DNA from: Balanoglossus misakiensis
Lineage: Eukaryota; Animalia; Hemichordata
Direction: 5' to 3'
DNA: 64,000 nucleotides
Assembly: GCA_040954595.2 (NCBI GenBank)
Contig: CM082594.2
Coordinates: 6,778,840 to 6,842,839 of the forward strand
The notes below the pieces were generated by a model. It saw nothing but the letters and a program-made list of their open reading frames with translations. It was not told the origin of the DNA and searched no databases. This document shows, in pieces, positions 1 through 28,482 of the stretch (within the stretch, counting starts at the first letter, position 1; every line of letters starts with the position of its first letter). The position numbers and the translations under genes are program-made.

Positions 1-297
1 CTGTAAGATGAAGCCCCCACCCCTCGCATCCCAACCACTTTCTCATTTAAGTGAGGAAGCATAATTGCATTGAAACTAATAGTGAATAAAGTTTCGTTTC
101 ACAAATACATTACTGGCTGTTTGTATTCTTTATCTCTATTGATTCCCACCCATACCAAATGATTTCTTATGACCAGTCTGTAATATGCTAGTATATTTTG
201 TATATATATTCATGCAGGTACACACACACAAATATATACATATCGGTATGTGTGATGTGTAGGTCTGTGCGTCCGTACATAGAACCTACCTACCTAA

Positions 298-19079
<18,782 letters not shown>

Positions 19080-20132
19080 ATCTTAAATCCGGCCACAGAC
19101 GACGTCGACCGTGAACTGGTTCAAGCTTTACTACAAACAAGGACAATGCTGCCAGCCACCGTATTTCAGTAACACGAACCAGAAATAGAATCCCAGTATT
19201 ATGGAAAATACTACAATAACAGAAATCTTCATTTGCTTGAACCTAGGCACTTTGAGATGTGTACATTTCTTTTTTACTAAATTATTTAATTTTTTGTTCT
19301 GTTAAACTTAAAGCGTATCGAATACCACCACTTCATAAACCTATGTAATCAAACTTGTTTCACAGCAAACTGTCAACATACAGTTCAGCGAGAAAGTGAT
19401 TTTTCAAGTCACTGTTAGTAGAATACTACTGGCCATAAACAGTGATGTGTCCCGAAGTCAAACACTTACTAAACATCACTGTTTGCTGATTACTTTTCTC
19501 ATCATCATATACATTACACTGTATAAATATTCCTTTACATACATATATGGTTCAGAACAATAATCCTAAGAATTAGTCAAGTCATACTGATATTACGAAT
19601 TCAGTGGAAATTTCATGTAGTCCTATTCTGAGGAGACAGATGTTATATTTCCCAGATGTTACATTAATTCACTTTTCCAGATACAAATTTGAAATACGGT
19701 GAGCTTATTTTTCTAAAGACTGAATCCTGGTCTCAAATACGTTATTTTAAACCTGTATTTTTTATTAGTAAGATGCGAATGTTAACTTGTATAATATAAA
19801 TGTTTATATAAATATAATATAATTGTATCTGTGGTAAATTATTGTGTGTAATCTTATTTTATTGGTGTTAAAGTTCTAGTGCAGGGTTCTCTGTTGCAGT
19901 TGACAAGAAACGTAGAGTTTTGATATTTTTAGGCTGTGACAAACAAACTCTGTAACACCAAGTATGTATATATATGTAAATATTGTTCATATGCTATTTA
20001 ACACAACAGGTGTACCTTTCTATTAAGTATAGTGTAGCATGGTGTAGTTGCGTAGCTGAATTGCGAGAGAATATGGGTATCCAGTTAGGATAGGATAGTC
20101 TCTGAAGTGGTGGTACTGGTTTTATAAGTAGT

Positions 20133-20182
20133 AATAAACGCTGTAATATATGAATGTCATTTGATTTAAAATTTACAATAAA
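20133..20182 (+). promoter_or_regulatory. Candidate poly(A) signals of the mucin gene (AATAAA at 20133 and 20177)
   Basis: Two AATAAA about 1.1 kb after the stop, followed by T/GT-rich sequence. Confidence 0.45.
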
Positions 20183-21668
20183 TTTAGTACATGTAGTTGA
20201 ATGGTATATTGTCTCCTGGTACTTTTGTTCCCTTAGATTTACCGCTACCGTTTATTCTTTTTCTATATTAAATACAATAATTTGTCCCTATCTATCTATC
20301 TAGCTGTAATAGTATGGCCCATCATGCATCGGGAGGGGGGGGAGTATTGTAGTGTGTATACCAGTCCATGCTTTCAGTTTCATTCACACACCAGCTGATC
20401 GTGCTCTGACCCTGTACTGCTTAGTGAGTGGTGACAACAATGTTTTATTAGCTGAATGTAAGAAAAACATTCAAATTCGCCCAGCTCTGATCAGCCGTGT
20501 ACTTATGTTATGGGTCACAAAAATCACCAAAACAAACATTAGCCATAGGCGTTGTTGGCGCAGGTTCATGCACAGGCCCACTTCAACTTCAAGTCGAGCG
20601 GAGCGCTGTGAAGATTTAAACCTTTAATATTACTACACGGGGCAATCGACTCTAGCTTTTAATTAGGCTGTACTAGTCGGAAACTTTTCTCTATACATCG
20701 TAAGAACTAGTACGGCGTCGACCGCTTCCGGTTCCGAGGAAGCTGCACGCGTACATGCATAGCCGCCCGTGCCGTCTCGTCCAAGTTCAAGCCGAGCATG
20801 CTCTGCCTGTTCGCTTTTATACGACTCAAAAGTCACGTGAACTTCAATTCGGAGTGAATACAAGAACTTCACACCTAATAATTACCCACCAGCCTATTAG
20901 AATCGATCCCCTTTTCAAAAGTTGGACACCACATGACTTCGGACTTTAACACCTCTTGCCTTCTCAGATCAAGTTGACTTCAGATTCTGACTACCTCACT
21001 TCGGATGCAACAATTTTAATTAATTAAATTGATCCAACGATCTGTCTTCGCGTTATTATTATAATCAAACTTCGAAAATGTATATGGACCTGTGATAAGA
21101 AAGTGCCAGCTTAGTTTTTGCGTGGATTTGTGGTTCATAATTTCGGATGAGTTAAAATTTGAACTCCGATGCTGAATATAAACGACGGCTCTCACCTTGC
21201 GATGCACGCGAAATTAAGTTTGAATCTGTCGCTTGGCGGCGCTATATTAGGGATTGACAATTTCATAATCGGGGGGGGGGGGGGTTGAATCATTTTGTGG
21301 TAAAATAGTTGGGTATTCCTGGAGTGTATGAGAAGTCAAGGAACATTGTTCAATGGAAATCACCTGCATTTCGCATAAACATGTTTCCTGGCTGTTAACA
21401 TACCTAGTACCTGGGTTTGATTTCATTTGGTGTCATTTTTATTAGGAATTTGGCAATAGTGAATTGGTATGGTCTAGGTCCAAAGTCTGTGAAATACAAG
21501 ATCACACACCACTCATTCATGCACACACATAAACCACTGTATTGTTGTTTTATCCTACCAATTTCAATAGCATGGGTCGATTCACTATACAATTAACTGG
21601 GGGTGAAAAGAACACCAAGACAATAAAGCACTCCAAAACCACAGTTTGGTAATATGAGTGAGTTCGTT

Positions 21669-21674
21669 TTTATT
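21669..21674 (-). promoter_or_regulatory. Candidate distal poly(A) signal of the PRTG-like gene
   Basis: AATAAA on the minus strand followed by G/T-rich sequence. Other minus-strand AATAAA hexamers exist (e.g. 26088, 25239, 21908), so this is tentative. Confidence 0.3.
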
Positions 21675-22153
21675 ACAAGACGGGTAAACCTCGGTAAAAA
21701 CACTGACACAATTATTATAAACTCTTCTCTTTTTACATATACAAAATTAAACAGTGTCTATACAAGACAGGTCATAGTAAGATAAAATGGTGGAGGAGTC
21801 TTTAAAAGGCTGCTGTAGAAAAATAAGTGATTCTACTGACAGCTGGATTATATTGAGATGAGCCCTGATACAATTGTAGAATTAAATTTGATTGTGAAAT
21901 CTATGTATTTATTCCTGATGCTAGAGAAAATCGGGCAGCATCACAACTGGGCTTTGAGTTTGCTATATAAATATATTATTCATAATCAGTCTCCTCTGTT
22001 ATAGCATTGCAAAACACAGTTGTGAATCATGACCAGGGTGCTCAGACTTCCTTTTATTTTTCATGAAAAAAACTGATACTGATATTTGAAATGCTACAAA
22101 CATATTATATAATAATTTATTCATCATTACACTTTTATAATGACTTTTTCATC

Positions 22154-22284
22154 ATAGCTGCAGTAATTGTAGCCTTGGTGGGCTGCCGGGTTGATCGCAT
22201 GAAGGCTGGCTGTCCTGATCAGAGCGATCAAGCCAGCCGACAGCGATAAACCAGCCCACCAGGGCTATCAATTACTGCAGCTAT
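22154..22284. mobile_element. Palindromic MITE-like element (~131 bp)
   Basis: About 32-bp inverted termini: ATAGCTGCAGTAATTGTAGCCTTGGTGGGCTG ... CAGCCCACCAGGGCTATCAATTACTGCAGCTAT. Confidence 0.7.
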
Positions 22285-23720
22285 TATCATCATTGCATTG
22301 CGGCTGACAGCAATAGAAAAGAAACTGCCCCTCTGTATTAAACTAATGATATACAGTAGCCTCATATGGCAATATGCTATCACCCCCTGTTTTTTCTCTG
22401 TAAGCTGAGCCAGAAGTGAAGCTGACACAAACACATGATTAAGTTAAATTATACATTTTGGCTAAAACTTTCAGAAGTTGATCACTTTTGATTTTTTTAT
22501 TCTACAATTCCTGAGGTGAGACTCTGAGAGAGAAGGACATCGTGAGCACCTCTGGCCACTATGCTGCAACAATTTTGAACTCAAGGCTGGTTATTTAGAA
22601 AACACAACTTTGACAACAGGAGGTGCTATCAAGATGACTACATCAGTGATTTGAAAACGCACTAGTGAGTGTGAGAAGAGCCGACATGAAAACTAAGAAA
22701 AAAAGGACAAAACATCACGCACAGAAATTCTTCAATAATACAATTCACAATACTTGGACTATTACAGAGAGACGTACAATAGTGATGACATCAACTGTTC
22801 TAAGTGAATATATTAATTACAATGAAGTTGCCTATATATAACCACGTTTTGAGATTCAGAATGCAGCCGTTTGATTCAAGATACATTTTGTAATCTAGAT
22901 GTCCAAAATTTGGCATTTTCATATGCCTTTTTAAATTCACGTTGACGATATACAGTGCACTGGTTTACATTCAACATCCACGGCACTTCAATAAACATAT
23001 ACACAGCCTCCCTCCAACACACACACATTTTACAGTGAACTACAAGTTGTTTCATAATGCACGAGTGCAAAAAGGTGAGGGGGTATTTAAAACTTTTGCA
23101 AGTTTTCCGCAAACTAAAATGCTTTGGATGAGATGCATAACAGTAATTTAATGCCCATTTGAAAGTTTTAATTGGAAAATGAAAACTTTCTGAAACTAGA
23201 GGTGTAATGTACGTACGTAAAACACACATTTCAGGTGACGCTTTCTTATGGTATTTACAAAATAAACCCATGAATCATCTGCATGCACAATGCTATCACA
23301 AAAATGACTTTATATTGTGCAATACCACCTGGAAACTAAAATTAACCTTAAACTTTTCCTCACTCTTGTGCACTCTTATCTAGGTTTAATCATTCGCTTT
23401 TGAAATCAAAGACTACCGGTACTTGGGTTCAGCATGCAAAGTTAAAAAAACATACACTTGGATCTATACACTGGCAGTGATGAAATATAATCTCGCAGTA
23501 ACAAGCAGCATGGTCCGTATTTAGACACATCAACAGATACATTGTTTCATGGAGGAAAATGGTGAAAGCAGTAACAATTAAATTCAGTGTGATAGAAGTG
23601 ATTGGGGCAAATATAGAATACAACATGCGTGAGAGAGGAGTTCAGGACTTTAAGCAGCTTAGTAAAACAGCCGGTATAGTGTTGTACATATATCTACCAT
23701 AAGCCCAACAAATTAAAATT

Positions 23721-23821
23721 TTAACCCTTTCACCACCACACAATTGTAGTTTGATCCAAACTCCAGTGTTTACTATGGTACAATTAGACCTCCACACATG
23801 AAAATGGGGGGTGAAAGGTTA
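23721..23821. mobile_element. ~90-bp TTAA MITE family copy
   Basis: TTAACCCTTTCACCACCA ... GGGGGTGAAAGGTTA. Confidence 0.65.
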
Positions 23822-25764
23822 CCATGATTTGGGTCAAAGCACACGCTGTATGATAAAAGATAGCTGTTGTGATCTGACTGTCTGTAAAACATATTTCGCA
23901 AATTAATTCTCCGGTTGTATCATAAATGACTCTATCTCTCTTAAGCATTTTTGGCAAGTTTAATCCTACAGCTGTACCATAAATACTTCAATTACAATGT
24001 TCAGCAACGTTAATAGCAAAGTTACTAAGAGAATAATCAGACCCGTACAAAACTGATAAACACTCCCATACAAACACACGCGCGCACACACATTCATACA
24101 TACATAATAGACACACCCACATAACACACCTATACACTTTTAAAATCTTAATACAAAGGAATAAACAATTCCTAATAAGGAAAATACCATATTGGTCACA
24201 TGACCACCATTGTCACGGCAACTTCCATCACAACCAGATCTTCCAATACACCGCAACATTTAATTCCCCTGTGTTATCACTTCACAGTAATTTTCATGAT
24301 GCTAATAAATATGCAAAACTATATATTTTGATTTGAATAACACCTGGGACTGAAAGTAGAGAGAAACTCAGATTGGTCTTGTACAAAGACCTTGTCTTTT
24401 TTATCAATAAAGTTAAATGAATGATGCATGACATCAAGTGAAAGAACAATAAACACAATTGTTTTTTTTAATTAGATTAAAATCCATCACAGGCAGATTT
24501 CCTGATTGTAGAAAGTGACTTGATTTCTATATTTGAATATTCAATAACTTCCACCTGGGATGTTCACAACTATAGGTTCCTGAAAGTCACACAAAAAGGC
24601 TGTGACTGAATATTGTCTAAAAAGTCGTTGATACATTAATACTACAGTAATAGTTTTGTTTTAAATATATTATAGAGTAATAGGACCATTCCATACCTCA
24701 ATTTCTTTTTTTGCAACCTGAATTCTATGCATGATGACAGTCAAAAATCAACATCTCTCTCGCATCTTATAATCCACCAGAGGTGTATATCGTGAATACA
24801 AAAATCACGAGAAAATTGTACACACTATAAGAATGCTACTGTGCACAAGCGAGTGCTAAAAACAAAACAAGTATCTCTGAAATCGCCGTTGGATAAACAC
24901 ATATGTTTTAACTAGTGATTTTCCTCCTCGCTGTACATTTATATAGTTATACTCTGTCAGTGTGCTTGTCAATGACAACCCTGCTTTATGATAAAGTTTG
25001 GATACAGTGTATTGAATTCTGTTTGGTGGGTGTGTGTATTGTGGCCAATTCCCTTCCTGTATGTGGTTTGGTTTTAGTTTCCATAAAAGATTACCCGTCT
25101 TAATTATTATCACTAAATAATGTACGAGTCACAACCATGGAAAAAATGGATGAAGGAATATTTCTATTTACAGTCGAGGCAGATTACAGGCCTGGTCCAT
25201 TTTTCAACAACATTTTAATTCAGAACTAAGCAAAGACATTTATTTTACTGATCATGACTATCGGTACACAGACAAGTTTGGGTGATGACCCCAATGGACC
25301 TTCAAGGTGGGCTGAAAATGAATGAAATTTCCTCAGAACTGCAACAGCAGGTTAATAATTGTTAGGTGGGATTGGGACCAGAAAGTTCAGTTTGAAGAAA
25401 CAGCATGATTGACCTTTAATTTACAAAAAATATATTGAGTGCTATCATCGACAAATTTGAAATTTCACAATTAGAAGGCAAACATGGCTTCCCTTTGGTG
25501 GAGTTTCAATCAAAAGTTTTAAAATGTTGAGTCTTCAGGTCCGACAAATACCCGTCAAAACCTAAGGACTTTTCAGCACTATACCAGCAGTTTTGTCTCT
25601 CTGATTTTTATGTATTACATGACAGTATGGGAATTGGTCACAAAATAGTAGGTTCCTGCTCCAAACTTTTTTAAATGTATATTTTGATGAACAACACCGT
25701 GAAACACATATATGGCCACTGCCGGCCAGCCAAATTTTTTACCCAAACTGCTCTTATAGTCGTT

Positions 25765-25856
25765 TTAACCCTACCACCCCCACTTCCCTGTCTTAAGGTC
25801 CAACATGCTTACAAAACGACTGGTTTCTTCTATTTACCGGGGGCGTGAAAGAGTTA
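25765..25856. mobile_element. Degenerate ~90-bp TTAA MITE family copy
   Basis: TTAACCCTACCACCCCCACTTCCCTG...AGGTCCA...GTGAAAGAGTTA. Confidence 0.45.
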
Positions 25857-25893
25857 TTTCACTGCAGCGATATATATGTATAAACAGCGTTAC

Positions 25894-25928
25894 TCCCTGA
25901 GTCAGTAATGACCATGGCACTGAGGTAG
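25894..25928 (-). promoter_or_regulatory. Paired miRNA target sites in the putative PRTG 3' UTR: let-7 8mer (25921-25928) and miR-125/lin-4 8mer (25894-25901)
   Basis: Plus strand reads TGAGGTAG and TCCCTGAG, i.e. CUACCUCA and CUCAGGGA in the mRNA, 19 nt apart. Assumes the UTR extends at least 2 kb. Confidence 0.6.
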
Positions 25929-27330
25929 GAAGGTAATATTATAGACTGTTCAAATAACCATGCCTAGTAGATGAGAATAAAAAATACACTGGCATATCAC
26001 ACACAAAAACTGTTTAATAGAATAATGACTGTCGGTGAGACTGTGATGTGGTGCCAATCTTATTGGTCCCGCTTTGAACCCGAACGATTTATTTGAAGGA
26101 CTCTACGTCTTTTCTTGAGACAACTACCACTCAATATTAGATTTGACATTCCATATTCACTGTGTACAATTAATATAATTCTACCACATTGTGGTACATG
26201 GTAATCTTTCAAAATACATAGATTTTAGGGGCCATATTCTTAGGAGCATGGGACATTAGTATCAACTTCACAAGTATCATATTGAAAAAAAAAATGAATA
26301 TTTCTTCTTACACAGTTATGTGATTTATACTGAAACAACCATTTCCGTCGCATGATTGTGAAACAAAAAATCAAAACCTAGCACAGAGATACCTAAAACA
26401 TACATGCCAAATTCTTTCGAAAATTTTCCTTTTCAACAACCATGATTTTTATGAGACAGACCAAGTATATCATTGACACTTTTTCTCCCCAACATTCAAA
26501 GTCAGCTGCAATGTGGAGTTCAATGTGGCCAAAACTGAAATTCAAATTATTTTGAATGTACAATTTCTGAGCCTTGCTACACACACACACTCATACATAG
26601 TGTGCCACTATTTTGACTAAAAAAAATAAATATAAAAACGCCCAAGCCTGGGCCCTAGCTGTTTTATGAGGTATACAAATGTGAGAGTTAGCTCAAATTC
26701 TATGGATATGGTAAAACAGAAACGCTGTGATCTAATGCAAAATACTTATCCTTAAACTGTCAGGGACATTTATGCAAATGAGCTGAACTACTTTAACCAA
26801 CCAGTACACGCAGCACTTCTCAAGACCTATCTAGCTAGTGCTACCACACTCATTTTGTATGCAATAAGAATCAGCTGCTACGTGGAGAAGCAAACACACA
26901 ATATGTGCAAAATATTAAGCTTGTTATGGCCGTGACACCATACAAAAACAACCAGTGATATCATCTAATCCTGTCCAACACATACTCACACATTAGCACT
27001 TTTGCCATATTTACTCTGTGATGCCAAATTTACCAAACCCTATTTCTTATCCTTCCCATGACTGCTACCGAAACTACAACAGGGGTTGTACAAAAATTTT
27101 ATGGGGAAATGGTGAACCAAGCCACTCGTTTTTTCCTCAAACCAACGGGCCTGTAGTGTCAGCTAATGCAAAAGAATTATTCGGTGGAAATATCCCATGG
27201 ATGTTCCCTGTACATCTTCAGGGAAATCTTTCTGATGAAGTTACTCCTGTCCATACACACTGGGCTATATTATATCTACACATACACCAAGCACAAATGC
27301 CCAGCAATTTTGGCAAAAAAACACCAGTAA

Positions 27331-27343
27331 TACATACACATAC

Positions 27344-27400
<57 letters not shown>

Positions 27401-27426
27401 CACTCATACACATTCAACATACACAT
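27331..27426. repeat. (TACATA)n / CA-rich microsatellite in the putative PRTG 3' UTR
   Basis: Directly visible; produces the spurious HI/CI-repeat ORFs. Confidence 0.92.
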
Positions 27427-27849
27427 AAAACAACTTCAAAGTAATGAATATTCATGATGTACCTACAACAGTGCGTGAGTGTACACACTTATAACCAGGA
27501 CCTGACCTCCCTAACATCTTTTTACCCGAGTGCATTTGTCATTAATATCCTTCAAAATTACGTCTCTGATAAAATTTTGATTTTGAGATCAAATTTCACA
27601 CTATACACACACTCAGTGAGACTAAAATTTGTGCAAACACAATGTGCTTTAGAAGTTACCTATCATATTCTGAGACACAGTCTCACAAAACATCGTCTAT
27701 TAAATATCAATTTCCTACCCTGATAATAACACAATTAAAATTCAATTGCTTCTAATTTTTTAAATAGTTTGAATAATTTTTCTTAATATAAAAAGGACTA
27801 CACTACTGTATATTATATACTGTATCACAATTTAACCATGGATAATTTT

Positions 27850-28482
27850 CTAGACAGTGCTGATGAATGAGGTATGGTTTCTATCACCATCAAAGTTTGT
27901 GCCATCTCTTCCAATGCTGTTGTCCCTCCGAGTCGGGGACTCTTCGAATGCTATGGTGACGTCCTCACAAGGACTTTGCTGGTGGGAGTGTTTTGAGTTT
28001 GTGTTTGGCTGTGACAGCGTCGCTATAAACACAGTGTCATCTCCGCAACTGGAGAGCAATTTTTCCGCAGGGTTCCCTGAGTCGGGGACGTCGTCTACCC
28101 CTGCTGCTGCTGCTGCTGCTGCTGATGGTTGAGTCGCAGCAGCTCTGCCGCAATCACCGCCCTCCCCGGCGTCGCAGTATTCCTGAGTGGGAGAGTTCTG
28201 GGGAGAGGCAACCGGCTGGAACTCCTGGTTGCCCGTCGACGTCTGCGCGTCCCCGGGAGCCTCCAACAGACCCGTATGCTCGTCCGGCGCACAGTCATTA
28301 AGCGACGAGTGGCAATTCTTTGCACATTGAGGTAGAGTCTGCCTAGTATTGAAACGCTCAGCAGAAGTGCTGTTACAACTGATCATCCCATTCGTGAGAT
28401 CATCATCACCATTATCATCCTCGTCAACTTTGTCCGGGCAATTCGACTGGTCGCAGAGGAGAGGTTGAGTGGATTCTGATAA
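27850..28482 (-). CDS. PRTG: PRTG-like terminal coding exon
   Basis: tttttttccgacag|LSESTQPLLC...HTSFISTV TAG. Confidence 0.85.
   Translation of the reverse strand, partial: LSESTQPLLCDQSNCPDKVDEDDNGDDDLTNGMISCNSTSAERFNTRQTLPQCAKNCHSSLNDCAPDEHTGLLEAPGDAQTSTGNQEFQPVASPQNSPTQEYCDAGEGGDCGRAAATQPSAAAAAAAGVDDVPDSGNPAEKLLSSCGDDTVFIATLSQPNTNSKHSHQQSPCEDVTIAFEESPTRRDNSIGRDGTNFDGDRNHTSFISTV

Noticed and set aside
25921-25950. A let-7 miRNA gene on the plus strand
   Set aside because: Identity is limited mostly to the seed and there is no complementary star arm, so it is better read as a target site on the minus-strand mRNA.
27018-27428. HI-repeat and CI-repeat ORFs; possible Pumilio array
   Set aside because: Microsatellite translation. 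The repeat reads UGUAUAUG, not the canonical UGUANAUA.
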